Of a stretch of 64,000 nt of DNA, positions 17,817 through 28,044 are shown one piece after another. The position numbers and the translations under genes are program-made. This stretch comes from an uncultured Gemmatimonadales bacterium. GTDB lineage: Bacteria > Gemmatimonadota > Gemmatimonadetes > Gemmatimonadales > GWC2-71-9. The DNA lies in NCBI GenBank assembly GCA_963825055.1, contig CAWGSK010000011.1:32001-96000 (forward strand), in the 5' to 3' direction. The notes under the pieces are model-generated. The model was given only the letters and a program-made list of their open reading frames with translations. It did not search any database and was not told the origin of the DNA. Numbering within the stretch: the stretch's first letter is position 1; each line of letters opens with the position of its first letter.

Positions 17817-20351
17817 ATGAACTCCCGCGGCCTGCTGGCCCTTCTGCTCGTGGTCCTGGCGCCGCTCGAGGCGGGGGCCCAGGCCACCGGGGACCTCCTC
17901 GACCGCATGACACTCGAGGAGAAGTTCTGGCAGCTCTTCATGATCCCCGGTGACCTGTCCGACTCCACCCACGACTACAGCCACGGCGTCTTCGGACTCC
18001 AGGTCCCCGCCGCTCCGACGGCGCGCGAAGATGCAGAACGCATCGCTGCCATCCAGCGATACTTTGTGGACCAGACCCGGCTCCACATCCCGATCATTCC
18101 GTTCGACGAAGCCGTGCACGGGCTCACCCGCCCGGGTGCCACCGTGTTCCCCGCGGCGATCGGGCTGGCCGCCACCTGGGACACCGCCGTCATGGGGCGC
18201 GTCGCCACCGCCATCGCCCGCGAGACCCGCTCGCGCGGGATCCGCCAGGTGCTCTCCCCCGTGGTGAACCTCGCCAGCGATGTCCGCTGGGGACGCACCG
18301 AGGAGACGTACGGCGAAGACCCCTTCCTCGGCTCCGCGATGGCCCGCGCGTTTGTCCGCCCCTTCGAGCAACACGGCGTCGTCACCACGCCGAAGCACTT
18401 CGTCGCCAATGTCGGCGAGGGCGGTCGAGACAGCTACCCGATCGCGCTCGATGATCGCACTCTCGCCGAGCGCGACTACCCGCCGTTCCGCGCCGCGCTC
18501 GGCGCCGGCTCACGATCCATCATGACCGCTTACAACTCCGTGGGCGGACTCCCCGCCACCCAGAACCCCCACCTCCTCACGGAGACACTGCGGCGCGCGT
18601 GGGGATTCAAGGGGGTCGTGATCACGGACGCCGCCGCCACGGGCGGGGCAACCGTGCTGCACCATACCGCGGCGACCACGCAGGAGGCCGCCCGGCAGGC
18701 GCTCACAGCCGGTGTCGACGTGATCTTCCAGAGTTCGTGGCCCCAGCACGCTCCCTATCTCGACGCCGTCCGCCGCCTGGTGCCGCCCGCCGTCACTGAC
18801 ACTGCCGTCGCCCGTGTCCTCCGGCTCAAGCAGGCGCTCGGGCTCTTCGATGACCCCTGCCCCGACCCCGACAGCGCGGCGTTCTGGAACGGGAACCCGC
18901 GTCATATCGCCCTGGCCCGGGAGGCTGCGGCCGCCGCCGTGGTGCTGCTTCGAAATGACGGCCTGCTCCCGCTCGACAGCACGGTGCCTTCCGTAGCGCT
19001 GATCGGCGCGGACGCCAGTGAGGCACGCTTCGGTGGCTACAGCGCGCCCGGAGTGGCACCCGTTTCCATCCTTGCGGGGCTTCAGGCCCGCCTCGGCGAC
19101 CGGGTGCGATTCGCGCCGGGCCCCGGGCGGGACGACGGATCGCTCGTGACGGTCCCCGCCGGCCGCCTCGCGCTCACGACGGAGCTCTTCACCAATCCGG
19201 GCCTCACGGGCACCGCGGCCACGGTGCGCCGTGACTCGACCGTGGATGTCCGCTGGACCTTCATGCCACCCGCAGCCGGACTCGAGACCGACTGGTACTC
19301 GGTCCGCTGGACCGGCACGCTCTCCAGCGGCCCGAACCGGGTCACGCGGCTCGGCGTCGACGGCACAGACGGCTGGCGCCTCTGGCTCGACGATCGCCTC
19401 CTGCTCGACCGCTGGACCAAGCGCTCAGCAGGAAGGTCACTGGCGGCGGTGGACCTGGCCCCGGGAAGCACGCACACCATCCGGCTCGAGTTCTACGAAA
19501 CCACTGGTAACGCGCGGCTCCGGCTGGTCTGGGACACCGGGGGCGAGCGCGCGCTTGACGCGAAGGTCGACAGCGCGGTCGCCCTGGCCGGCCGGAGTGC
19601 CGTCGCGGTGGTGGTCGCCGGCATAGAGGAAGGGGAATTCCGTGACCGTGGGTCGCTCGCCCTTCCCGGCCGGCAGGAGGAGCTGATCCGCCGGGTGGCC
19701 GCCACCGGCACGCCGACCGTTGTGGCGCTGGTCGGGGGCAGCGCCATCACCATGCCGTGGCTGGAGCATGTCGGCGCCGTGCTGATGGCGTGGTATCCGG
19801 GGGAGCAGGGTGGGCAGGCGCTGGCGGACGTGCTCTTCGGTGACGTCAGCCCTTCCGGCCGGCTTCCGATCACCTTCCCCATCGCCGAGGGCCAGCTGCC
19901 GCTTACCTACAACCACCGCCCTACCGGTCGCGGCGACGACTACCTCAACCTCACCGGCCGGCCGCTGTTCCCCTTCGGCTTCGGACTGTCGTACACCGAC
20001 TTCACGTACGACAGTCTCGTATTCACTCCGGACACGATCGCGCCGGGGGACTCGGCAGAGGTCCGCCTCCAGGTGCGCAATACCGGGACGCGCCCGGGCC
20101 ACGAGGTGGTCCAGCTGTATCTCCACGACGATGTGGCCACCTTCGCGCAACCGGTGCTCCAGCTCGCGGGATTCACCCGGGTATATCTCGAACCCGGCGA
20201 GGCGCGCGAGGTTCACTTCCGGCTCGGCCCTGACCAGCTCTCGGTGCTCGACAGCGGGCTGCATCCGGTGATGGAGCCGGGCACGTTCACCGTCTACGCC
20301 GGAGCCTCGTCGCGCGACCTGCGCCTGCGCGGTATGTTGACAGTCCGATGA
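17817..20351 (+). CDS. GH3 beta-glucosidase/xylosidase with PA14 and Fn3-like domains
   Basis: Signal peptide; DEAVHG, RWGRTEETYGEDP, PKHF, GVVITD, PA14 insert (YSVRWTG), PSGRLPITFP, FGFGLSYT, EVVQLY. Confidence 0.93.
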   Translation: MNSRGLLALLLVVLAPLEAGAQATGDLLDRMTLEEKFWQLFMIPGDLSDSTHDYSHGVFGLQVPAAPTAREDAERIAAIQRYFVDQTRLHIPIIPFDEAVHGLTRPGATVFPAAIGLAATWDTAVMGRVATAIARETRSRGIRQVLSPVVNLASDVRWGRTEETYGEDPFLGSAMARAFVRPFEQHGVVTTPKHFVANVGEGGRDSYPIALDDRTLAERDYPPFRAALGAGSRSIMTAYNSVGGLPATQNPHLLTETLRRAWGFKGVVITDAAATGGATVLHHTAATTQEAARQALTAGVDVIFQSSWPQHAPYLDAVRRLVPPAVTDTAVARVLRLKQALGLFDDPCPDPDSAAFWNGNPRHIALAREAAAAAVVLLRNDGLLPLDSTVPSVALIGADASEARFGGYSAPGVAPVSILAGLQARLGDRVRFAPGPGRDDGSLVTVPAGRLALTTELFTNPGLTGTAATVRRDSTVDVRWTFMPPAAGLETDWYSVRWTGTLSSGPNRVTRLGVDGTDGWRLWLDDRLLLDRWTKRSAGRSLAAVDLAPGSTHTIRLEFYETTGNARLRLVWDTGGERALDAKVDSAVALAGRSAVAVVVAGIEEGEFRDRGSLALPGRQEELIRRVAATGTPTVVALVGGSAITMPWLEHVGAVLMAWYPGEQGGQALADVLFGDVSPSGRLPITFPIAEGQLPLTYNHRPTGRGDDYLNLTGRPLFPFGFGLSYTDFTYDSLVFTPDTIAPGDSAEVRLQVRNTGTRPGHEVVQLYLHDDVATFAQPVLQLAGFTRVYLEPGEAREVHFRLGPDQLSVLDSGLHPVMEPGTFTVYAGASSRDLRLRGMLTVR

Positions 20352-21658
20352 TCGACCGCCGAACCCTCCTGGCCGCGGGCGCCGCGGCACTGGCCTTCCC
20401 CCGTCTCCGGAACGTGGTGACTCCGGCGCCGCGTCCGGTCCCCTCCCCCGCACAGCTTCGCTGGCAGCAGGACGGAGTCGCGCTTTTCCTGCATTTCGGC
20501 GTGAACACCTTCACCGACCGCGAATGGGGCGATGGACGGGAAGACCCGGTGATCTTCGCGCCCGCCGCCCTCGACGCCCGCCAGTGGGCCCGCGTCGCGC
20601 GGGCCGGCGGTGCGAAGGCCATGATCCTGACCGCCAAGCACCATGACGGCTTCTGCCTCTGGCCCACCAGGACGACCACGCACTCGGTCGCGAGCAGCCC
20701 GTGGCGAGGGGGTGAGGGCGACGTGGTCCGCGAATTCACCGATGCCTGCCGGGCGGAGGGACTGCGGGCCGGGCTCTACCTCTCACCGTGGGACCGGAAT
20801 GCCCCGGTCTACGGTGACTCGCCTAGGTACAACGACTTCTACTGCGACCAGCTGACCGAACTGCTCACGCGCTACGGCCCCATCAGCCAGGTCTGGTTCG
20901 ACGGAGCGGTGGAGGTCGGGCCGGACGGGCGAAAGCAGGAGTACGACTGGCCCCGTATCTGGGGGCTGGTCCGCCGGCTCCAGCCGGAGGCGGTCATCTT
21001 CTCCGATGCGGGCCCCGACGTGCGCTGGATCGGCAACGAGCGGGGCGTGGCGGGCGATCCCAACTGGTCCACCGTCAACCCGGATACCGTTCCCTTTCCG
21101 GGCGCGAGTGGCGATGACGTGATCGCCATGCTCCAGCACGGTGACCCGAACGGTACCGTCTGGCGTCCAGGCGAGGCCGACGTGTCGATCCGGCCCGGCT
21201 GGTTCTGGCACCCGGCCGAAGATGAGAAGGTGCGGTCGGTGGAATCGCTGGAGGACTTGTACTTCAGTTCGGTGGGGCGGAACTCGAAGCTGCTCCTGAA
21301 CGTCCCTCCCACCCGCGATGGACTGATCCACCCGGTCGATGCCGCCCGGCTGGCGGCCATGCGGGACCGGCTCGGCAGCACGTTCGCTGACAACCGCGCT
21401 GCAGCAGCCGCAGCGGGACGGCCGGTGGCCGTGAGCGTGGCGGACCTGCGAGAGGACATCACCCGCGGGCAGGTGGTGGCGGGCTACCGGCTGGAAGGCC
21501 GGGTGAACGGCCGGTGGCAAACCCTGTCGTCCGGAACCACCGTCGGATACCGGAAACTGGACCGGTTCGAGCGCGTCACGGTGACGGGAGTACGGTTCCG
21601 GGTCGAGGCATCCGTGGGCCAGGGCTCCGGCCGCGTGGCGGTCGGCCTCTTCGGGTAA
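20348..21658 (+). CDS. GH29 alpha-L-fucosidase with Tat signal
   Basis: DRRTLL Tat motif; FLHFGVNTF, AKHHDGF, YLSPWD, VWFDGA, RPGWF, SVGRN. Confidence 0.92.
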   Translation: MIDRRTLLAAGAAALAFPRLRNVVTPAPRPVPSPAQLRWQQDGVALFLHFGVNTFTDREWGDGREDPVIFAPAALDARQWARVARAGGAKAMILTAKHHDGFCLWPTRTTTHSVASSPWRGGEGDVVREFTDACRAEGLRAGLYLSPWDRNAPVYGDSPRYNDFYCDQLTELLTRYGPISQVWFDGAVEVGPDGRKQEYDWPRIWGLVRRLQPEAVIFSDAGPDVRWIGNERGVAGDPNWSTVNPDTVPFPGASGDDVIAMLQHGDPNGTVWRPGEADVSIRPGWFWHPAEDEKVRSVESLEDLYFSSVGRNSKLLLNVPPTRDGLIHPVDAARLAAMRDRLGSTFADNRAAAAAAGRPVAVSVADLREDITRGQVVAGYRLEGRVNGRWQTLSSGTTVGYRKLDRFERVTVTGVRFRVEASVGQGSGRVAVGLFG

Positions 21659-21750
21659 CAGGGAGCGAAGCCGGACTGACCGCGCTTCTGGCACTGGCTC
21701 GCCCTGAGCTCCCCGCGGCGAGCTGGTGACACGCCTCGTGGAGGATGACG

Positions 21751-22797
21751 ATGAACATGAAAACGGTCCTATTCATTCTTGTGCTTCCATTTGCACCTGG
21801 GCCCGTACCGGCGCAGCAGGCCTTGCCCCCGCCGGTCATCGACATGCACCTTCATCCCAGCGCCGTCGATTTCGCCGGGCCTCCGCCACTGGCCTACTGT
21901 GTTCCCCTGACACCCTACATGCCGCCACTGGACCCGCAGGAACCGTGGGGCGTCGTCTTTCTGCGGACCTTCAGGGCCCCGCCCTGCCCCGATCCCATCT
22001 GGTCGCCGACAACGGATCAGGCGTTAATTGATGAAACCGTGGCCGTGCTCAAGCGGCGCAATGTGATCGGTGTGCTGGCCGGACCTGTTGAATCAGTGCG
22101 CAGGTGGCACGCGGCCGCGCCGGATCGCTTCATTGCTGCCGCCGATCCCGACGAAAGCGGCACCCCGAATCCGACATCCGCTCCGGAGGCGCTTCGGCCA
22201 TTATTTGAGAGTGAGGAATTCGCCCTCCTCGCCGAGCTGTCGTACCAGTACGCCGGATGGGCGCCTGACGACGAACGGTTGGAGCCCTACTGGGCCATGG
22301 CTGAAGAACTCGACATCCCGGTCGGTATCCACATGGGCGAAGGTCCGCCAGGCGCCACCGGCCTGTTCCCCGAATATCGTGCGAGGCTCAGCAGCCCTTA
22401 CGGACTTGAAGACGTGCTGGCGCGCCATCCCCGTCTGCGTCTGTACGTGATGCATTACGGGTCACCCATGGTCAGCGAGATGATCGCAATGATGGCGGCC
22501 TACCCAGGCCTGTATGTGGATATCGGTGGAATGGCCACGTTCTATCCCCGACCATACTTCTATGGCCAGCTCAAGCAGTTCGTGGACGCGGGATTCGGCA
22601 AACGGGTGATGTACGGGTCGGATTCGATGATCTGGCCGGGCGTGATCGAGGCCGGCATCGCGGTCATCGAGGAGGCGCCGGTGCTCACTGCGGCGCAAAA
22701 GCGGGACATCCTCTATGACAATGCCGCCCGTTTCCTGCGACTGAGCGAAGACGACATTGCGCGGCACCATGGGAAGCCGTCGGGCGTTGATCCGTGA
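21751..22797 (+). CDS. Amidohydrolase family protein (Amidohydro_2), secreted
   Basis: IDMHLH, VGIHMG, VMHYG, MYGSD, ILYDNAARFL. Confidence 0.85.
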   Translation: MNMKTVLFILVLPFAPGPVPAQQALPPPVIDMHLHPSAVDFAGPPPLAYCVPLTPYMPPLDPQEPWGVVFLRTFRAPPCPDPIWSPTTDQALIDETVAVLKRRNVIGVLAGPVESVRRWHAAAPDRFIAAADPDESGTPNPTSAPEALRPLFESEEFALLAELSYQYAGWAPDDERLEPYWAMAEELDIPVGIHMGEGPPGATGLFPEYRARLSSPYGLEDVLARHPRLRLYVMHYGSPMVSEMIAMMAAYPGLYVDIGGMATFYPRPYFYGQLKQFVDAGFGKRVMYGSDSMIWPGVIEAGIAVIEEAPVLTAAQKRDILYDNAARFLRLSEDDIARHHGKPSGVDP

Positions 22798-22929
22798 GCA
22801 TCGCCGTCTTTGCCGGTCCGCCGGCATCCAGCGCTCTGGGCAGCCGCTCCAGCGGGGGTCTCGACGGCGCCAGGGGTGGGATTTCAACGGCGACTCCGGC
22901 GGCAGCCGCAGCGAGGGCCGGGGCCATCA

Positions 22930-23265
22930 ATGCGAAAATGGCCATCGCGCGAAGTGAGCTCCGATGACAGAACGCGCGGGATCTGTGTCCGGCTGAAGCG
23001 CGTCACGATAGCGGATGACCTCGTCCGGATGTCCAACTACTCTCATGCGGTGACGGTCCCCCTGCGGAACATCGAGAGCGTCACGGAGATCCGGTGGCTC
23101 AACATCCACCCCGTTACCATTCACTTCTACCGCCCCACGGACTTTGGCAGCACCTTGGTGTTCATGCCCACATTCCGGCTGATTTCCTGGTTCTCGCACC
23201 CTGTCGTCGAGGAGCTGCGCCGGGCGACCGCGCGCGCCCGCGGTATGGCGGTTGCACTCTCTTGA
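22930..23265 (+). pseudogene. 5'-truncated paralogue of the membrane protein at 44224-44688
   Basis: From ~22981 ICVRLKRV...SNY...IHPVTIH...FMP.FR..SW..HPVV.ELR closely matches the 44224 protein, but its N-terminal TM helices are absent. Confidence 0.55.
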
Positions 23266-23283
23266 CCCCGACTGGATGAGGCG

Positions 23284-23983
23284 ATGACACGTCGATACAC
23301 CGATGACGAAGTGCGAGAGATCTTCGGCCGGGCCGCCGAAGATGAGCCCGCCCGGCTTCCGCCTTCCGCCGAGGGTCTCTCGCTCGAGCAGATCAAGGAG
23401 ATCGGCGCCGAGGTCGGGATTGACGGGGCCAGTCTCGAGCGCGCGGCCCGGTCCCTGCCGGCGGACCAGCCACAGACGAGGTCGCCGCTCACAGGCGGGG
23501 CCCTGTCACTGCACGCGGGGAGCCGTATCAGCGGCGATCTCGGGGCAGTTCCGATGAGTGAGATCCTCGCCACCATCCGCCGGGACATGGGGACACCCGG
23601 CGAGATCTCGCAGGTCGGCGATCTCATCGAGTGGCGGTCGAGCGGTGACCTCGGCCAACGTGCCATCACGCTCTCGTCCGATCAGGGACACACCGACATC
23701 TCGGCCTCGGCGAACCTGGCCAGTGCCGCCGCCGTGACGTTCGTGCCGGCCGGCATCCTGGGAGCCTTCGTCGCGATCCTCGGATTCATCCAGGCCGCCG
23801 ACAGCGGCAGTGCCGCCGGCATGCTGCTGTCCGTGGTGGCCATCCCCGCTCTCTTCCTCGTAATGCGCGTCATTTTCGCCCGCATCTCACGGGCGGAATC
23901 CGCCAGGCTGGAGCAGGTGATGGGAGGAACTCGGCAGGCTCATCGCAGAAACGGACACCCGCGGTCCAGCTTCGCCCGCCTAG
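23284..23983 (+). CDS. Hypothetical membrane protein with apparent frameshift near 23921
   Basis: RRYTDDEVREIFGRAAE...LEQIKEIGAEVGID and two TM helices; removing one G in ATGGGAGG gives EQVMEELGRLIAE...PA-stop at 23983. Confidence 0.7.
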
Positions 23984-24230
23984 TCTGCCTCGGCGGATTC
24001 GTGGCGCCCGGGAGCAGATCGGGTGTCACAAGCGAGCGGTGGTTCAGCGGGGCTATCACATCGCGAACAGTACCGGCAGTGGGAGCGGCTCGGGGCGAGG
24101 GAGTTCAGGCCTTCTACGACAGCGCGTTCTCCGAGTGCCTGGCCGGACGGCCCCGGTCGGCATTCCTCGCCGAGGGTTCTCCCCTCATGGGGTACCGGGG
24201 CCGGATACTCGGAGCGGACGTACCCTGAAA

Positions 24231-24284
24231 CAACCATATGGTTGACAAACATCAGAATAAGCCTTACCGTCAACCGTATGGTTG
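24231..24284 (+). promoter_or_regulatory. Sigma70-type leaderless promoter (TTGACA-17-TACCGT) with two CAACC-N4-GGTTG operators
   Basis: CAACCATATGGTTG 24231-24244 overlaps -35 (24242-24247); -10 at 24265-24270; CAACCGTATGGTTG 24271-24284 overlaps the ATG at 24278. Confidence 0.8.
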
Positions 24285-24616
24285 CTAATCATTCCCGGCT
24301 CGACACGGTCTTCCATGCCTTGTCCGATCCTACTCGCCGCTCCATCCTCCAGCGTCTCGCCACCGGCGGCGCGCTGGTGAAGGATCTCGCCGAGCCCTTT
24401 GCGATGAGCAAGCAGGCTGTATCCAAACACCTCCACGTTCTGGAGGAGGCCGGCCTGGTGATGAAGCTGCCGGAGGGACGGTCGGCCAGGGTACTGCTCC
24501 AGGCCGGACCGCTCAGGCAGGTCGAGGACTGGGTAGCGTTCTACAGTCGCTTCTGGGCCGGCAGTCTCGCCGCGCTCGGGAATCTCGTGGACAGCGAAGA
24601 GGAGACAGGTAAATGA
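24278..24616 (+). CDS. ArsR/SmtB family transcriptional regulator
   Basis: VFHALSDPTRRSIL, LAEPFAMSKQAVSKHLHVLEEAGLV. Confidence 0.92.
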   Translation: MVANHSRLDTVFHALSDPTRRSILQRLATGGALVKDLAEPFAMSKQAVSKHLHVLEEAGLVMKLPEGRSARVLLQAGPLRQVEDWVAFYSRFWAGSLAALGNLVDSEEETGK

Positions 24617-25047
24617 CGGCCGAAGCGGTGATCGTGACGCGAACGTTCAAGGCAGCCCCGGACCGCGTGTTCACGGCGTTCGAAAACCCGGCGGAACTGG
24701 CCCGCTGGATGGGTCAGCCCGGGAGCCGGACGGAGGTGGAGGCCCTGGAGGTCCGCGAGGGCGGCGGGATTCAGGTGCGGATGAGCTGGGAGAACGGCAT
24801 GGCCATTCGGCTGCGCGGCACGTTTCAGCGGGTCGAACGGCCGTCACTGCTCGAGTTCAGCTGGGCGATGGAAGGCGATGACGCCAATGCAGGCGTTGTG
24901 ACCGTGGAGATCCGGCCCCACGGCACCGGCACCGAACTCACTCTGACGCACGAAGGCCTGACTGGTTCGGCACAGAAGCAGTCGCGGGCGGGCTGGAACG
25001 GCTGGTTCGATCAGTTGCAGGCGCTGGTGGAGGAGGAAGCTCCATGA
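24613..25047 (+). CDS. SRPBCC (AHSA1-like) domain protein
   Basis: RTFKAAPDRVF.AF..P..L.RW, GTELTLTH, AGW. Confidence 0.88.
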   Translation: MTAEAVIVTRTFKAAPDRVFTAFENPAELARWMGQPGSRTEVEALEVREGGGIQVRMSWENGMAIRLRGTFQRVERPSLLEFSWAMEGDDANAGVVTVEIRPHGTGTELTLTHEGLTGSAQKQSRAGWNGWFDQLQALVEEEAP

Positions 25048-25268
25048 GCTGGAACCACTGGATGCGCCAGTTGCACCGCTGGCTGTCGATCGCCTTTACC
25101 CTGACGGTCGTCATGTGCTTCGTGAACCTGACCCGGGATGAACCGGCGCAGTGGATATTCTATGTACCACTGCTCCCACTGGCCCTGCTGAGCTTCACGG
25201 GCCTGTACCTGTTCGTGCTGCCGTACGTCCTCCAGTGGCGCCTTGCGCGCCGACCCGGCACGCGTTGA
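25044..25268 (+). CDS. Small two-TM membrane protein
   Basis: RQLHRWLSIAFT...PLALL.FTGLYLF; ATGA overlap with upstream gene. Confidence 0.75.
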   Translation: MSWNHWMRQLHRWLSIAFTLTVVMCFVNLTRDEPAQWIFYVPLLPLALLSFTGLYLFVLPYVLQWRLARRPGTR

Positions 25269-25293
25269 TCACCAACCTCTGTTCCGGAGCTGC

Positions 25294-25737
25294 ATGATGG
25301 CCGCGATGCGCAGGAAGCCCGCCAGCCGGAAGCCGCAGTCCAGCCCGAAGAAGGGAGGACCTGGAGGAACGTCGCCCTCCCGCCTGATCGACCAGAGGAT
25401 CCAGGACCTGGACGACTGGCAGGGGAAAACCCTGGCCCGGCTCCGCGCCCTGATCCATGAGGCCGACCCGGACGTGGTCGAGGAATGGAAGTGGAATAAC
25501 CCCGTCTGGTCACACGACGGCATCATCTGCACCGGCGAGGCGTACAAGAAGGCGGTGAAGACGACCTTCGCGCGCGGCGCCGCGCTCGAGGACCCGGCCG
25601 GGCTGTTCAACTCCAGCCTGAGCGGCAACACCAGGCGTGCAATCGACTTCCATGAAGGCGACGCGATCGACGCACAGGCGTTCAAGGCCCTCGTGCGCGC
25701 GGCCGTGCGGCTCAATACTTCGTCCACGGCAGACTAG
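25294..25737 (+). CDS. DUF1801 (YdhG-like) protein
   Basis: LRALIHEADPDVVEEWKW, FARGA.LEDP..LFN. Confidence 0.85.
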   Translation: MMAAMRRKPASRKPQSSPKKGGPGGTSPSRLIDQRIQDLDDWQGKTLARLRALIHEADPDVVEEWKWNNPVWSHDGIICTGEAYKKAVKTTFARGAALEDPAGLFNSSLSGNTRRAIDFHEGDAIDAQAFKALVRAAVRLNTSSTAD

Positions 25738-25751
25738 CGGCCGGCGTCGCC

Positions 25752-26168
25752 ATGACCCCGAAGAGGCCTCGCCTGCTCGCGGGCGGCAATCCGCAGATCC
25801 CGAAGGGTGACGGCCACGCGCCTGTGCAAGCCTACATCCGCGCCATGCCGGGCTGGAAGCGCGACATCGGCCGGCGCCTCGATGCCCTGATCTCGCGCCT
25901 CGTGCCCGACGTCCGGAAGGCCGTGCGCTGGAACTCGCCTTTCTACGGCATGGAGGACCGGGACTGGTTCCTCAGCTACCATTGCTTCACGAAGTACGTG
26001 AAGGTGACCTTCTTCCGTGGCTCGTCGCTCGATCCCCTGCCCCCGGGGGAGTCACGCAACCCCGACACGCGCTACCTCGACATCCGCGAAGACGATCCCA
26101 TCGACGAGAAGCAACTCTCGCGCTGGATTCGCCAGGCCAGCCGCCTGCCGGGCTGGGATGGCGCCTGA
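25752..26168 (+). CDS. DUF1801 (YdhG-like) protein
   Basis: GGNPQIPKGDG, AVRWNSPFYG, HCFTKYVKVTFFRG. Confidence 0.85.
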   Translation: MTPKRPRLLAGGNPQIPKGDGHAPVQAYIRAMPGWKRDIGRRLDALISRLVPDVRKAVRWNSPFYGMEDRDWFLSYHCFTKYVKVTFFRGSSLDPLPPGESRNPDTRYLDIREDDPIDEKQLSRWIRQASRLPGWDGA

Positions 26169-26744
26169 CCCCGTGGCCTACCTGATCCTCTTCGCGATCG
26201 TCCTCGGCGTGAACCTCATGCCGGCATTCGGTCCGCCGACCTGGTCCATCATCGTGCTCTACGGGCTGAACACTACCCTGCCGCTGGCGGCCATCGTGCT
26301 GATCGGGGCCACGGCCGCCGCGCTGGGGCGGTTCGCACTCGCCCACGGCTTCCGGCTGCTCGCCGGCCGGGTCTCGCAGCGGACCCGGGACAATCTCGCC
26401 GCCGCCCGTGAGGCGTTCGAGCGGCACCGGCGCAACGGCATCCTGGCCCTCGCCCTGTTCGCGCTGTCGCCGGTCCCCTCGGCGCAGCTCTTCGAAGCGG
26501 CGGGCCTGGCCGGCGTCAGGCTTCTCAAGTTCACCGCCGCCTTCTTTCTCGGCCGCATCGTGTCCTACACGATCTACGCCGTGACGGCGAAAGGCATCCA
26601 GGAAACCTCCCTGGGCGAGGTGCTCACCCGGAACCTCACCAGTCCGCTGGGCTCGCGATTCAGGTGGTCATGATCGCCGCCCTCATCGGCCTCACACGGA
26701 TCGACTGGGCCGCGCGCTTCAAGTCGGGAGCCGGCCCGGCGTGA
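26158..26744 (+). CDS. Multi-pass membrane protein (DedA/VTT-like), apparent frameshift near 26650
   Basis: NLMPAFGPPTW, SPVPSAQLFEAAG, FFLGR; a last TM helix (LAIQVVMIAALIGLTRIDW) continues in another frame to TGA 26744. Confidence 0.65.
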
Positions 26745-26824
26745 GGGCTGCTCGACCGCTTGACCTCTCGACCTTCGACCATGCCTCCCAGACGGCATCC
26801 ACCCGTGAACGGATCGACACCAGG

Positions 26825-27322
26825 ATGATCGCTACCATGCTCTGCCGGGCAGCCCTCGTCGGCCTCGGCGCCACCCTGCTCATGGACCTGTGGAATCTCT
26901 TCCTGAAACGGGCCTTGGGTCTCGCGTCCCTCAACTACTGCCTCCTGGGACGCTGGATCCTTCACATGCCCGGGGGGACGTTTGGGCACGAGCACATTGC
27001 GCGGGCCCCGGCGAAACGCTTCGAATGCCCGGCCGGCTACCTGGCCCATTACTCGATCGGGGTCGTGTTCGCGATCCTGTTTGTCCTGGTCGCCCCGGCC
27101 GACTGGCTCGATCATCCGTCTCTCCTTCCCGCCTTCCTCTTCGGGATCGTCACGGTGGCCCTGCCGTATTTCGTGATGCAGCCGGCGCTCGGGCTCGGGA
27201 TCGCCTCGGCGAAGGCGCCGAGCCCTGCCCAGGCCCGGCTCAAGAGTCTGGCGACCCATATCATCTTCGGGCTCGGCCTGTATCTCGCTGCCATGGCGCT
27301 CCGCGCCACGACCCGCCCCTGA
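26825..27322 (+). CDS. DUF2938 family membrane protein
   Basis: GLGATLLMDLW, LLGRW, HYSIG, PYFVMQPALGLG, SLATH..FGLGLY. Confidence 0.85.
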   Translation: MIATMLCRAALVGLGATLLMDLWNLFLKRALGLASLNYCLLGRWILHMPGGTFGHEHIARAPAKRFECPAGYLAHYSIGVVFAILFVLVAPADWLDHPSLLPAFLFGIVTVALPYFVMQPALGLGIASAKAPSPAQARLKSLATHIIFGLGLYLAAMALRATTRP

Positions 27323-27359
27323 TCCCCTCGGGGTGTTGCCCCCTGAAGCACTCGTGGAT

Positions 27360-27376
27360 ACTTTGTGGTGCAAAGT
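27360..27376. promoter_or_regulatory. Palindromic operator ACTTTG-N5-CAAAGT
   Basis: ACTTTGTGGTGCAAAGT about 30 nt upstream of the ATG at 27408; same arms recur at 37166-37182. Confidence 0.6.
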
Positions 27377-27407
27377 TCATTGCGCCATACGAATTGATGG
27401 GGTATCG

Positions 27408-27995
27408 ATGACCGACAACCGATCCAGACACCTCCGGGCCATCTTCCGAAACGCCCTGACCTGGGGGGCTGCCTGGGCGATCGCCGGCAGCGCCATCATG
27501 ACCGCCATCGCCCTCTTCGACCCGAGCCCGGTGATCGAGTCCCTGCCCGAGCGGGTGGGCATGGCCCTGTTCGCCGGAGCATCCTGGGGCGTCCGCTTCG
27601 GCCTCGCCGGCGCCGTCATCGGCACGGCCTTCGCCACCATCATTCGCCTCGGCTACCGGGGCCGCCGCCTGGCCGACATCAACCCCGTCCGCTTCGCCCT
27701 CCTGGGCGCGGCCGTGGGCGGTGTGGGCGTGCCGCTCTACCTCCAGGCGATGAACGTGCTGACCGACGGCCACCCGATCGCCTGGGGTCTCGTGATGGAC
27801 GATGGCATCTGGGCGTCCGTCTTCGGTGCCGTTGCCGCGGCGGGCTCCATCCTGCTCGCCCGTCGGGCCGATGCACTCGCGCGGGGGGCACGCCAGGCTC
27901 CGGTCGAAGGGCCAGAGGAGGCGGAGGGTCTTCCGCAACCCGATGCCATGCGCAGTGAGACGGTCGTGGAACGTTCACGTCCGGCCCGCTCCTGA
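27408..27995 (+). CDS. Hypothetical four-TM membrane protein
   Basis: LRAIFRNALTWGAAW..., four hydrophobic helices, SILLARRA. Confidence 0.75.
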   Translation: MTDNRSRHLRAIFRNALTWGAAWAIAGSAIMTAIALFDPSPVIESLPERVGMALFAGASWGVRFGLAGAVIGTAFATIIRLGYRGRRLADINPVRFALLGAAVGGVGVPLYLQAMNVLTDGHPIAWGLVMDDGIWASVFGAVAAAGSILLARRADALARGARQAPVEGPEEAEGLPQPDAMRSETVVERSRPARS

Positions 27996-28044
27996 CCCTG
28001 AATCCAGGCGCCGCCTGGCCCCGTACGTGGCTCATGGGCACCCG

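Noticed and set aside
22685..22945. Minus-strand 86-aa ORF with a signal-peptide-like start
   Set aside because: Overlaps the amidohydrolase 3' end and has no motif or clear RBS
23984..24228. C-terminal extension of ORF 23284-24228
   Set aside because: Better explained by an extra G near 23921; the corrected frame ends at 23983
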